The notes under the pieces were generated by a model, which saw nothing but the letters and a program-made list of their open reading frames with translations, had not been told where the DNA came from and ran no database searches. From Octopus vulgaris (lineage: Eukaryota): a DNA stretch of 64,000 nt. Location of the stretch: contig OX597842.1 of NCBI GenBank assembly GCA_951406725.2, positions 1,798,001-1,862,000 on the forward strand, in the 5' to 3' direction. Of this stretch, positions 1 to 12,594 are shown in pieces; within the stretch, counting starts at the first letter, position 1, and each line of letters begins with the position of its first letter. The translations under genes and the position numbers were made by a program.

Positions 1-8
1 CTAAGACC

Positions 9-65
<57 letters not shown>

Positions 66-75
66 GTTATTATTA

Positions 76-113
<38 letters not shown>
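9..113. repeat. (ATT)n microsatellite
   Basis: Near-perfect ATT run. Confidence 0.95.
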
Positions 114-115
<2 letters not shown>

Positions 116-168
116 GATGTCTGCTCCTCTCACGACTTACTCTTTTCTTTCTCTCTGTCTACCTTTAG

Positions 169-324
169 CTCATCAACAGCAAACTGAAATTTTATCACAA
201 AGCGGAAGCGCCATCCATACCATTCCCTGGGTTGGCCTATGGTTACGAAGAAACAGAAGACGGTGCATTGAAGAAGCAGGAACCTCCAAAGAGAGACACA
301 ACTCTGGGACCAGCTTTCTATAAC
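169..324 (+). CDS. STPG2: Internal coding exon (52 codons, phase 0-0) of a sperm-tail PG-rich repeat-containing protein 2-like gene
   Basis: Polypyrimidine tract plus TTTAG acceptor ending at 168; GTAATC donor at 325. Translation LINSKLKFYHKAEAPSIPFPGLAYGYEETEDGALKKQEPPKRDTTLGPAFYN matches the STPG2 segment PSIP..G.SYGY....DG......PP..D.TLGPAYY as I recall it (no database search run). Confidence 0.85.
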
Positions 325-756
325 GTAATCTTCTTTATCTTTTCTTCATTTTTTATTCTTTTTTTTTATTTTCTTTCTTTTTACTTATTTCACTCATTTG
401 ACTGCGTCCAAGCTGGGGCACTGTCTTGAAGAATGTTTTCATTGAATGAATTGATACCTGTACTTTTTTAGTTTTCTTTTTTTTTTTTTGCAGGCTGATT
501 CTTATTCTGTTGGTCTCTTTTGCCGAACTGCTAAGTTATGGGGACATGAACAAACCCACATGTGTCAGGTGGTGGTGATGGATAACCCCAAACACTCTCA
601 CAGATAAATTCATAGAGAAATGATAGAAAACAAAATGAATGACATTCTTCATTCTAAATGTCTACGTCTGTTTTGACACATTTTTACACCTGTAGTACAT
701 GGGTGAGATATCATCATTATCATCCATCCAAGGTCAAAAACACACCCTTCAGTTGA

Positions 757-792
<36 letters not shown>

Positions 793-799
793 TTATATA

Positions 800-975
800 T
801 AAGGGAGAATTCACGAAAAAATCACAAGACGAAAACAGGTGGTGTAGACAACAAACAGATGTATTAGTATACTGCTCGGGAATTGAAAAAGTCTTTTATG
901 TTTCGAGCCTATGCTCTTCCACAGAAAGGAACACAGAAGGAAACAAGGAGAGAAAAATAATGTGTGTAGTGGCTG
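800..975 (-). mobile_element. Penelope-like terminal-repeat remnant with degenerate hammerhead (893-928); second copy at about 9055-9230
   Basis: Minus strand CTTT-CTGTGGAA-GAGC-ATAG-GCTC-GAA-ACAT-A-AAAG; TA-rich flanks; clear similarity to 9055-9230. Confidence 0.5.
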
Positions 976-1007
976 TATATGTGTATATATATATGTGTGT
1001 GTATATA

Positions 1008-1050
<43 letters not shown>

Positions 1051-1074
1051 GATGCACATATATATATATATATA

Positions 1075-1350
1075 TAGTGGTTAGAGCAGCGAACTCACAG
1101 TCGAGGGATCACGGATTTGAATCTCAGACGGGGCGATGTGTGTGTTTATGAGCAAAATACCTAATCTCCACGCAGCTCCGGCAGAAGGTTATGGCGAACT
1201 TCTGCTGACTCTTTCGCCACAACTTTCTCTCATTCTCTTTCCTCCTGCATCTTGCAGCTCACCTGCGACGGACCGGTGTCCCGTCCAGGTGGGGAACCTA
1301 TACACCAAGGAAACCCTTATGAGCCAGGCGTGGCTCAAGAAGGAACAAAC
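1075..1350 (+). mobile_element. tRNA-derived SINE, family D head with tail type 1
   Basis: Remnant A/B boxes (AGTGGTTAG...GGATTTGAATC), body shared with 8237-8532 and 12249-12440, tail CCTGCGACGGACCGGTGTCCCGTCCAGG...GAAGGAACAAAC. Confidence 0.7.
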
Positions 1351-2483
1351 ATGTATATATGCATATACATATATGTGTATATTGATATATATATACTGTT
1401 GTGTTTGGGGAGAGTCATTCTCTTTTAGTACCTTATTATTTAACGTACTCACCGGTAAAACTTCCACTTATTTCCTATTTTTTTTCTTGTCCTAAAATTT
1501 TCGTTGCATCTTGCAACCTTTTCAATAGTCTTGACTCTGTCTATTATTTATATTGCGTTCCTTTCTGTTTGTTTGTGCGCATGTGTGTGGGTCAGTGTGT
1601 GCCTATGCGTGCATGCATGCATGTACATATGTATGTGTGTGTGTATGTATGTATGTATGTATGTATGTATGTATGTATGTATGTGTGAATGCATATTCAT
1701 GTGCTTGCATGTCTGTGTTGGTGAATTTTCTATGTATGTGTGTGTGTGAGCGTGTGTTTGTATATGTATACACCTCTGTCTCCATGTGTGTGCATGTCTG
1801 TGTGTTTGTGTGTGTGTCTTGCAACTATATACCATGTTTGTATGTATGGATGTGCATCTCTATATGTGTTGGTCCGTGTCTCTATATATGTTCTTGTGTG
1901 GAGTAAAGTGTGTGCGTATATGTTCATTTGTTTTAGTCTCCATTTGTGCATGTGTGCTTGTCTGTTCTTGTAACCTGTGTACCTATCCATCTGTCTGTTG
2001 ATCTGTTTATTTTCATATCCATATGCTTACATACATGTGCATGCACACACACATACATCTATCTACATAAGAGCCCACTAACTATTCTACTCTACCTGTG
2101 TAAAATATGGGTATGGAGACAACTTTGGTCAATTTGATATCCGCATCTTATCCAAGCACCCAAAAGACCCAACACTCAGACAAATACGGGAGTGCGTCCT
2201 TATAAATGAAACTTCCCCAATACTAAATAGGAAATATATATAGTAGATATCATACCTCCATATTACTTTGATTGGAAATAGGCTTCATGTTGATTTGTTT
2301 ACATCCCTGTAAACTAGCGGTTCAGCAAAAGAGACTGATAGAATAAGTACTAGGCTTACAAAGAATAAGTCCTGGGGTTGATTTCTTTGACTAGAATTCA
2401 TTTGAGACAGTGCTCCAGCATGGACACAGTCAAATGCCTGAAACAAATAAAAGAATATACTGTATATATATATATTTCTATAG

Positions 2484-2870
2484 GTATAGGCATGGTTGTG
2501 TGGTAAGAAGCTTTCTTCATTACCACATTGTTCCGAGTTCAGTCCCACTGCAAGGCATCTTGGGCAAGGCTTTTCTACGATAGCTTCAGGCTCACCAAAG
2601 CCTTGTCACTGGGTTTGGTAGATGGAAACTGAAAGAAGCCTGTTGTCTATGTATTTATGTGTGTGTGCGTGTGTGTCCCATCACTGCCTGACAGCTGGTG
2701 TTTGGTGTGTTTACATCACCATAACTTAGTGATTCAGCAAAAGAGACCAATTGAATAAGTACTTAGCTTAAGAAAATTATGTCCTGGGGTCAATTTGACT
2801 AAAACTCTTCAAGGAGGTGCCCCAGCATGGCCACAGTCACATAATGGAAACAAGTGAAAGAATAAAAGAA
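2484..2870 (+). mobile_element. tRNA-derived CORE-type SINE (family A), diverged full-length copy
   Basis: TGGTTGTGTGG A box, GAGTTCAGTCCC B box, CTTGGGCAAG CORE-like segment, internal (TG)n, 3' CCAGCATGGCCACAGTC tail. Confidence 0.8.
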
Positions 2871-2894
2871 TACATATACACACAGTCATGTGGT

Positions 2895-3277
2895 GATATA
2901 TATATGTATATATGTATATATTTGTACGTATATGTATGTATTTGTATATATATGTATATCTATATGTCTATGTATATATGTATATATATATGTATATATA
3001 TATGTGTATGTATATATATATATGTACATATATATATATGGATATATATGTATGTATAATGTATATATGTGTGTGTGTGTGTATGTATGTATATGTATAT
3101 ATATGTATATATATGTGTGTGTGTGTGTGTGTGTATGTATAGGTATGTATATATATATATATGTGTGTGTGTGTATATATGTATGTATATGTGTGTGTGT
3201 GTATATATGTATGTATATGTGTATATGTGTATATATATATGTATGTATATATATATATGTATGTATATGTATGTACG

Positions 3278-3332
<55 letters not shown>

Positions 3333-3333
3333 A

Positions 3334-3366
<33 letters not shown>

Positions 3367-3390
3367 GCATATACATATGTGTGTATATAC
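2895..3390. repeat. Compound (TA)n/(TG)n microsatellite field
   Basis: Alternating purine-pyrimidine dinucleotide runs; source of Y/I/C/V-rich pseudo-ORFs. Confidence 0.95.
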
Positions 3391-3679
3391 TCGCACACAT
3401 AAACATACACAGCCATATACACGCTGCTAAGTTTGTTTTCAAGTATGAATGTAATTAAACAGTCCAGTGGTTTTAATCATTGAATTAGGTTGTGGTGGTC
3501 ATGGTGGAGTGGGTTCAAGAGGCTGAATATAACCTTCTCACTTTCACAAGAATCTAAATCTGAGTGAAAAAAAAACACGAATTAATAAAATTAATAAAAA
3601 AATGAAATACAAAATGAATATACTATGGGTGTGACTCTCTCTCCATCTGTCTTCCAGATAAATCAAATTTGAAAGAATA

Positions 3680-3979
3680 TTATTATTATTATTATTATTA
3701 TTATTGTTGTTATTGTTATTATTATTATTATTACTATTATTAAGGAGGCACGCTGGCAGAATCATTAGCATGCCAGGCAAAATTATTACTGGCATTTTGC
3801 TCATCCATACATTCTGAGTTCAAATCCTGCCAGCTTTTACCTTGCCTATCATCTTTTCGGGGGGTTGATGAAATAGCTACCAGTTATGTATTGGGGTCAT
3901 TGTAATTGACTAGTTCCTTCCCCTTAAAATTTCAGGCCTTGTCCCTATAGTAGAAAGGAATACTATTATTATTATAATA

Positions 3980-4032
<53 letters not shown>

Positions 4033-4072
4033 CATCATCATCATCATCATCATTATTATTATTATAATAATA

Positions 4073-4123
<51 letters not shown>

Positions 4124-4338
4124 GAAGGTGGTGAACAGGTAGAATCATTGGCATGCCAGGTGAATTGTTTAACGGTATTTCATGCGTTTTTATGTTCTGA
4201 GTTCAAATTCCGCTGAGATCGACTTTGCCTTTCATTTTTTGGGGGTTGATAAATTAAGTACCAGTTGAGTACTGAGGTCAATGTAATCAACTTAGTCCCT
4301 CCCCCAAAATTCCAGGCCTTATGCCTATACTAGAAAGG

Positions 4339-4388
<50 letters not shown>

Positions 4389-4860
4389 GGCGGTGAGCTG
4401 GCAGAAATGTTAGCAGGCCGGGCGAAATGCATAGCCGTATTTCATCTGCCGTTACGTTCTGAGTTCAAATTCCGCTGAGGTCGACTTTGCCTTCCATCCT
4501 TTCGGGGTCGATAAATTAAGTACCAGTTACACACTGGGGTCGATGTAATCGACTTAATCCATCTGTCTGTCCTTGTTTGTCTCCTCTGTGTTTAGCCCCT
4601 TGTGGGTAGTAAAGAAATAGGTATTTCGTCTGTCACTACTTTCTGAGTTCAAATTCTACTGAGGTTGACTTTTGCCTTTCATCCTTTCAGAGGTCAATGA
4701 AATAACTACCAGTTATGCACAGGGGTCAGTGTAATTGACTGGTCCCCTCCCACCAAATTTCAAGCCTTGTGCCTATAGTAGAAAGGGGTTGATGTAATCG
4801 ACTTAACTCCTCTACCAAAATTGCTGGCCTAGTGCCAAAATTTGAAACCCTTATTATTAT
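3680..4860 (+). mobile_element. Head-to-tail chain of family B SINEs separated by (ATT)n tracts
   Basis: Repeated AAGGCGGTGAGCTGGCAGAA...GAGTTCAAATTC...CTTTCATCCTTTCGGGGTCGATAAATTAAGTACCAG units at about 3742, 4125, 4387 and 4620. Confidence 0.85.
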
Positions 4861-5224
4861 CCTTGTCTTCTCATTATTATCCTTATTATGTCATGATGTG
4901 AAGGTCTTCCTCATTAGCTCATAAGAGAGTAGGGTGTGATTTGAGGGAGATTTGGCTGCTATTTCTGTGAGGTCTAGCTACCATGTAGAGGTCTCCCAAA
5001 TTGGCTCACACTTACATATATACATACATCAGACAGGAGGATGCGATTTGAGTGAAATTTGGCTGCTACTTCTACCGGGTCTAGCTACCATGTTGTGGTC
5101 TCCCCTGTTGGCTTGGGTGGTCTGGGTGACCCCCCTATGTTTATTTCTGTTAGGACGCTTGTATATGCTGACCTCACATCCAACTTATGTAATTGTCTGT
5201 ATATGTGTATATATTAGGCACTGA

Positions 5225-5950
5225 TTGTGGTGGTGGTGGTGATTGTGATGGTGGGGATGGTGGTGATGGTAGTGGTAGTGGAGGTGATGATGGTGGTAAT
5301 GTTGTTGTTGTTGGTGATTGTGATGGTTGTAGTATTGGTAGTGGTGGTGGTGGTGGGTTGTGGAGGTGATGATGGTGGTAATGTTGTTGGTGATTGTGAT
5401 GGTTGTAGTGTTGGTAGTGATGGTGGAGGTGGTGATAGTGATGGTGGTGGTGGTGGTTGTGATGATGGTGGTTGTAGTGGTAGTGATGATGGTAATGTTG
5501 TTGGTGGTGATTGTGATGGTGGTAGTGTTGGTGGTGATGGTGGTGGTGGTGGTGATGATAGTGGTGGTAGTGGTGGTGATGATAATAGTAGTGTTGGTGG
5601 TGATTGTGATGGTAGTGGTGATGGTGGTGGCGATCATGATGATGATGGTGGTAGTTGTGGTGATGATGATGGTAGTGTTGGTGGTGGTGATTGTGATGGT
5701 GGTAGTGTTGGTGGTGATGGTGGTGGTGGTGGTGATTGTGATGGTGGTGTTGTATTTGTTGTCGGTTGTGGTGTTGGTGTTGGCATTAATGGTGATGTTA
5801 GTGCTGTTAATGGTGGTGGTGGTGATGATGCTGGTTGTGAATGTAGTAGTGGTGGTGGTTGTGATGGTGTCGATGGTGCTGTCTACGGTGGTGGTACTGG
5901 CTGTGCAGGTTGTAGTGCCGACAGTGGTGATGTTGATTGTGGTGGTAGTG
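5225..5950. repeat. Degenerate (GGT/GAT)n low-complexity tract
   Basis: Trinucleotide mosaic; a complementary (ACC/ATC)-rich tract follows at about 6200-6740. Confidence 0.9.
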
Positions 5951-7335
5951 GATGGTTCAGTAAAAATCGTGTCATACCCACTTCCCTCGCCCCACCTTTC
6001 CGCCCCTTTCCATCAAAATGTTACCAGTGTGAGCAGTTAGGGCTACCTCTCCCTTCCTGCCAGCTTTCCCACCCTTCCCAGAAAACTATAGGAATGGCAA
6101 GCCATGAGAAAATTGCAATCAAAATAGACACTTGCTCACATCCAGCCATCCCACCGCCCCCTGCTAGTCTTTTTTCCACCCCTATTCATTCACCATCACC
6201 TTCAACTACCACTGCCACCACCATCCCTCTTATATCACTGTTATCCTCCCAATCACCCAAAGGACCATTTGCCCACCCCCCTGCTCCAACAAACAAACAC
6301 ACCACCGCCACTATCATAGTTATTATTCTCCACATCTAACTGCCACCACTTCCTCACTATACCACCACCAACAACAACAACATCATCCTTACTGCTACCA
6401 CTAACCACTGTCACCCCTTGCCATCACTGCCATTGATACAAACATCACCACCACCACCATCACTGCCACTGCCACCACCACTTGCCAACACCACTGCACT
6501 CCACCAAATCCCCCACTACTACTGTAACAGTCACCACCACCACAACAGCCACCATCACCACCAACACCATCACTCCGAACCATCGCTGCTGCTATCGGCA
6601 CCAACAGTCACACTCCACCAATGCCATATCTAACACAAACACTAACCACCCCAATGTGACCACCACAATAATCTCTCCCAACCATAATACTGATAATCAC
6701 CATTACCGTTCCCCACTGACCACTCCCCACACTACCACCTATATATCTTCTCTCTCTCCTACCCTAATTACTGGGAAGGTAAGCCTGGATGGGGCAAAGA
6801 GTGTTTTTAACACAACACCTCCATAAGAGATGCTATTTCATGACCAATACCACTGTTATAGGTATATTCACATTTTATATACATTAAGTAAAATACATAG
6901 ATAACAATTTTAATTAAATGCTGCTTCAGTTGCATATTCTGGATTTATATTCAACTTGGCAGCTCTTTGCAACATCAGTGAGTGTTTGTTTCACTTTTAT
7001 CTTGTGAGTTGTCAGCTGAGCATGTGGCTGACCTCCAACAATATTTGTCCATTGGATTGGCTTGCCCATGTTCAGTCCACTGCAGGACAAAAGCCTCAGT
7101 ATGTTCTCTCCACCTTCAATGGTTTGAAAGTGTTGGCCATAAATTTGAGCTTGAGATCATACTGGTTTCATGAGCCTTTCTCTGCCACACTGGCTCAACC
7201 TGGTTTGGCAATGAGGTGCAGTTTTTTATACTCATATGCAGGAGTGAAGTCAATTACATTGACCCTAGTACATAACTGGGACTGAACCTGAAACCATGTG
7301 GTTAGAAAACAAGCCACTTACCCCACAGCCATGCC

Positions 7336-7373
<38 letters not shown>

Positions 7374-7760
7374 GTTTATCGTCCATTTTCCATGCTAGCA
7401 TGGGTTGGACAGTTCAACTGGGGTTTGGGAAGCCAGAAGGCTGCACCAGGCCCAGTCTGATCTGGCAGTGTTTCTACAGCTGGATGCCCTTCCTAACGCC
7501 AACCACTCCGTGAGTGTAGTGGGTGCTTTTTACGTGCCAGACGGGGCTGGCAAATGGCCATGGTCGGATGGTGCTTTTTACGTGCCACTGGCACGGGGGC
7601 CATACGAGGCTGGCAACGGCCACAATCGGATGTTGCTTTTTATGTGCCACCGACACGAGGCCAGTCGGGGTGGCGCTGGCAATGGCCACGTTCGGATGGT
7701 TCTCTTACGTACCACCGGCACTGGTATCACAGCTGCAATTTCCATTGATGTTGATGAATT
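7336..7760 (-). mobile_element. RTE-LINE 3'UTR-type repeat (family C) with (GAT)n tail and internal ~41-bp subrepeats
   Basis: (CAT)n followed by CGTTTA..TTCCATGCTAGCATGGG...GGATGCCCTTCCTAACGCCAACC and tandem GGTGCTTTTTACGTGCCAC units; related copies at 22005, 34500, 45725, 46390, 47975, 49411 and 54817. Confidence 0.7.
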
Positions 7761-7811
7761 TCGATATTTATATATATATATATATATGTTTGTGTGTGTG
7801 TGCCAGTGTGT

Positions 7812-8152
7812 GAAGGCATATGGCTCAGTGGTTAGAGTGTTAGGCTCATAATCATGAAGTAACGAGTTCGATTTTATGATTGGTTGTGTGTTGTGCTCTT
7901 GAGCAAGACACTTTATTTTATCTTTTACATATTTCAGCCATTAGACTGTATCTGATGAATTACCATCTGGTGCCAAGCTGTATCTGCCTTAGTCTTTCTC
8001 TTGGGTAACTTCAGTGGCATCGAGAGGGGAGGCTGGTATGCATAGTCAACTACTGTTCTTCCATAAATAACCTTACTGACAGTACTTGTGCCTCAAAGGG
8101 GAACTTTCTAGGTGCAATCCCATGGTCATTCATAACTGACGGGACTCCTCTT
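7812..8152 (+). mobile_element. tRNA-derived SINE (family E)
   Basis: TGGCTCAGTGG A box, GAGTTCGATT B box, CTTGAGCAAGACACTT segment and tail ...AACTTTCTAGGTGCAATCCCATGGTCATTCAT; an inverted copy lies at 51497-51795. Confidence 0.7.
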
Positions 8153-8236
8153 ATATTTGTGTTGGTGTTTACCCCACAGCCACGCCTATATATATATATA
8201 TATATATATATATGTTTGTGTGTGCGAGTGTGTGAA

Positions 8237-8532
8237 GGCATATGGCTCAGTGGTTGAGCAGTGGACTCGCGGTTGAGGGATCGTGTGTTTGAATCTCAGA
8301 CTGGGCGATGTGTGTGTTTATGAGCGAAAATACCTAAGCTCCACGCAGCTCTGGCAGAAGGTAATGGCAAACTTCTGCTGACTCTTTAGCCACAGCTTTC
8401 TCTCACTCTTTCCTCCTGCATCTTGCAGCTCACCTGCGACGGACTGGCATCCTGTCCAGGTGGAGAACCTATACGCCAAGGAAGCCAGGAAACCGGCCCT
8501 TGTGAATCAGGGATGGCTCAAGAAGGAACAAA
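8237..8532 (+). mobile_element. tRNA-derived SINE, family D head with tail type 1
   Basis: Head GGCATATGGCTCAGTGG...GGACTCGCGG; body and tail match 1075-1350. Confidence 0.75.
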
Positions 8533-8537
8533 CAACA

Positions 8538-8580
<43 letters not shown>

Positions 8581-8601
8581 TTATGCACAAACAAAAACAT
8601 T

Positions 8602-8639
<38 letters not shown>

Positions 8640-8714
8640 AAAATATTTGCGTGTGTATATATATATATATATTTTCACACAAACACACACACATACATAT
8701 ATATATATACACAA

Positions 8715-8752
<38 letters not shown>

Positions 8753-9012
8753 GTATATACACAAGCACAAACATATATATAGTGGGACTAGCACATACTT
8801 ATATGGGTTTAGCTAAGATAACAAGGATTGTCCGAATGGAAACATATATTGATATATTAGAAATAGAACATGTTTCAGGTTGGACAATCTTTATTTTATC
8901 TTAATTAAACCCATACTTGTATGTATTAATCGTGATCTGCCTGATTTGAACTTTTTCCGTTCTATCCGCTACATATATTTAATGCCTCAGGTTTAACTTG
9001 AGTACTTCTATG

Positions 9013-9044
<32 letters not shown>

Positions 9045-9559
9045 GATATATATAGCGAGAATTCACAAAAAAAAAAAACAAAAGACGTAGACAGGTGGTG
9101 TAGACAACAAACAGACGTATTAGTTTAACGTTCGGGAAGTGAAAAAGACTTTAACATTTTGAGCCTACGCTCTTCCACAGAAAGGAACACAGAAAGAAAC
9201 TAGGAGAGAAATTAAAGAATGTGTAGTGGCTAGCTTGATATATATCATGGCAAATACCAGACAGAAGGGTCTCACAGGAGAGCTAGGAAGAAGGGGAGAT
9301 AATAAAGTAGTGGTGAGCCCAAAACGACGGTGCGCATGCGGTTCTATAAGAGAGTATGTATGTGCATGTGGAAGAGGGCTGGTGACCTTGATTAGTGCAT
9401 GTGTATGTGTAGGTGTGAAGATGTGCTGGGAAGTGGTCAGTGCTAGTTTGTTACATACATACAGGTATGTTGGTGCAAACTTGCCAACGTATGAAACTCT
9501 TGGACTTTGAGTCACTCTGTTACTTCTGCTAAATATCAATATATATATATATATATATA

Positions 9560-10818
9560 TTAGGTTGTCCAGAAAGTTTGTGCTGTTTTATAGTAGCTTA
9601 CCGTTCAACTTATTTTAGAAAATTGTTGAGTCCATAAAATAGGATTTGACTTACACCTCCATTTAGAGCACAGTTTAAGCTATCTTTCCATGGAAGAAGA
9701 TTTATGTTCCTATAACCTGTGTTAATTCTGTAACACTTTAAAATGGAAGATAAGAAAGTTCATTTTCGGCACTTGATGCTTTTCTTTTTCATAAAGGGAA
9801 AAATGCCTCACAAGCAACCAAAGAAATATGTGCAGGTTATGGTGATGTTTCTTTATCCGAAAGAACTGTATGGAAGTGGTTCACAAGGTTCAGAGCTGGA
9901 GATTGTAGCCTTATGGATAAAGGGCGATCAGGCAGACCATGCATTACAGATGATGACCAAATCAAGTCATTAATTGAGAATAACCCACATTGCACAACCC
10001 GAGAATTGGTTCATGAGCACCTGGTAAATCTTGGGTACACAAATCGCTAAGATATTTGGGTACCACATGAGCTGAGTGAGAAGAACCTTTTGGATCGCAT
10101 TTCCATCTGTGATTTGCTTTATAAACGGAATGAAAACGCGACTTTTTTAAAGCAAATTGTGACAGGTGATGAGAAATGGATTATCTACTGAAATGTTCAG
10201 AGAAAGTGATCTTGGAGTAAGTGACATGAGCCACCCTTAGCTACCCCAAAGGTGGGTCTTCACCCTAAAAAAAGTCTTGCTTTGTGTCTAGTGGGGTTGG
10301 ACAGGAATTCTGTACTATAAGCTTCTCCCAAGTAACCAGATAATTAATTCTGAGAAATACTACACACAACTGGAATTACTGCTTTTAACAAAGCAGTAAT
10401 TCAAGAGAAACATCTAGAATTGGCCAACAGGAAGGGTGTTGTTTTCCAACATGATAATGCAAGACTGCACGTTTCTTTGGGAACCAGACAAAAATTGTTG
10501 CACCTCGGCTTAGATGTGTTATCCCACCCTCCATATTCACCAGGTATTGCTCCTTTGGATTTCCACTTATTCAGGTCTCTGCAGAATAGTCTTAATGGTA
10601 AAAATTTCAATTCCTTGGATGACGTAAAAAGATACCTTGACTAATTCTTTGCCAAGAAACCACCTGAATTCTGGGAAGAGGGTATTTTCAAGTTAAAGGA
10701 AAGATGGAGGTGCATTGTGCAACAAAATGGTTCATATTTGGTTGATTAAAAATGTAATGGCAAGCATTTATTGACCTTTTACTTTCCTTTAAAAATCAGC
10801 ACAAACTTTTTGGACAAA

Positions 10819-10822
<4 letters not shown>
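9560..10822 (+). mobile_element. Full-length defective mariner (Tc1/mariner, mellifera-subfamily-like) inserted in (TA)n
   Basis: TIRs TTAGGTTGTCCAGAAAGTTTGTGCTG and CAGCACAAACTTTTTGGACAAACTAA with TA flanks; 1263 bp. Confidence 0.93.
9743..10749 (+). pseudogene. Mariner transposase pseudogene (frameshifts and stops)
   Basis: MEDKKVHFRHLMLFFF start, WVPHEL, IVTGDEKW, HDNARLH and YSPGIAPLDFHLF motifs; several in-frame stops. Confidence 0.92.
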
Positions 10823-10860
<38 letters not shown>

Positions 10861-11272
10861 TGTATTTATGTACATACATCCATATGTACACAAACACACA
10901 CATTTATATCTACATATATGTATAATTGTGTTATACATATGCACACACTTGCTTCTAATTGTGTTTATCCTGGTGACAAGCCATGTGTGTGTGTGTGTGT
11001 GTGTGTGTGTTTGTGTGTTTGTGTGTGTGTGTGTATGTGTGTGGTAGGGAGTTGCCATCGGTGATGGGTGTGTATGTCTCAGAAATTATTTCAACTTGGC
11101 TGGAAACATTTTTGTCAATCATAATAAAGTCGTAGGTGGGGAGATGTGGGGAGATGGTGGTGGTTTTTTCAAATGACATTTCGCTGAGGGTAGGTGGAGC
11201 TATTAGTCACAAATATACTGTGTCAATATGTGTTGGTGTGCATATGTGTATATACACACACACACATGTATG

Positions 11273-11306
<34 letters not shown>

Positions 11307-11380
11307 TATATATATACACACACATATATACATACACGCAGATATTGACAGATATAAACAGATTATCTGTTTTGTCTTTT

Positions 11381-11480
<100 letters not shown>

Positions 11481-11617
11481 CAACACACACAATACACTTG
11501 CTGATATACATATATACACTTCTGTATACATATATATAGTTTTATATATATATATATATATATACATTCGCATATAGATACATAAATTTGTGTATGCAGA
11601 CACATATATGTTCATAC

Positions 11618-11665
<48 letters not shown>

Positions 11666-12169
11666 GTGTGTATATATTGTCATAGATGTATGTATAGAAG
11701 TCCATGCAAATATATCTACACACACACACACGTTTGTATATATGTAGTTATCTGTAAACATATTTAGTTATGTATCTGTCTGTCTGTCTGTCTAAGTCTC
11801 TCTCCCTCTCTATGTCTGTCTTTCTGTCTCTATCTAGATAGACACACACACACACATACAATAAATACGATATAAATTACTACACAACTCTTTATATTCC
11901 ATTGGCAGAGACAATTGATGTCTCTCACCTCCAATACCTGCTTCCCTTTCTGGCCCCCAAACAAATAAACTCATAACCCCTGTATGTTTACCCTACCTCT
12001 ATGTGGTCCTAACCGAAGCTCTCTCTGTGCCTATCTGTATATGTTTCCCTTAGGGGTTGGCAGTGGGAGTCGGGCGTGGAATTAACAGATGGTTGTGAAT
12101 GAAATGTAGGCCAAACGGTACCAAAATACAAACCTTGTGGTGATGTAACAGTGTCTATAATCTTCATAA

Positions 12170-12246
<77 letters not shown>

Positions 12247-12248
12247 GT

Positions 12249-12558
12249 GGAGGCGCAATGGCCCAGTAGTTAGGTCAGCGGACTCGCGGTCGTAGGATCG
12301 CGGTTTCAATTCCCAGACCGGGCATTGTGAGTGTTTATTGAGCAAAAAAACACCTAAAAAAGCTCCACGATGCTCCGGAAGGGGGGGGGGGATCCCTGCT
12401 GTACTCTTTCACCACTCTTTCTCCTACTCTTTCTTCTGTTGGCCTGCTCGCTTTGCCAGCGTGGTGGCGTCATTCGGAGGCTAAAACAATGTGAACGCAT
12501 TGTGACCAGTGATGTGTAACAACATCTGATGGTCTGGTCGGTCACGTGATCACGTGAT
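12249..12558 (+). mobile_element. tRNA-derived SINE, family D head with tail type 2
   Basis: GGAGGCGCAATGGCCCAGTAGTTAG...GGTTTCAATTCC head; tail GGCCTGCTCGC...GGTCACGTGATCACGTGAT also seen at 34937-35056 (-) and 45038-45157 (+). Confidence 0.78.
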
Positions 12559-12594
12559 ATATATATATATATATAGATATATATATGTTTGTCA

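Noticed and set aside
2817-3458. Many Y/I/C/V/H/T-rich ORFs here and throughout the track
   Set aside because: Translations of (TA)n, (CA)n and (TG)n microsatellites.
5227-6339. 370-aa Gly/Asp/Val-rich ORF resembling a structural protein
   Set aside because: Open in several frames because of trinucleotide low complexity; non-ATG start and no exon signals.
12249-12325. Possible tRNA gene
   Set aside because: A/B boxes run into a multi-copy SINE body; no convincing acceptor stem or Pol III terminator.
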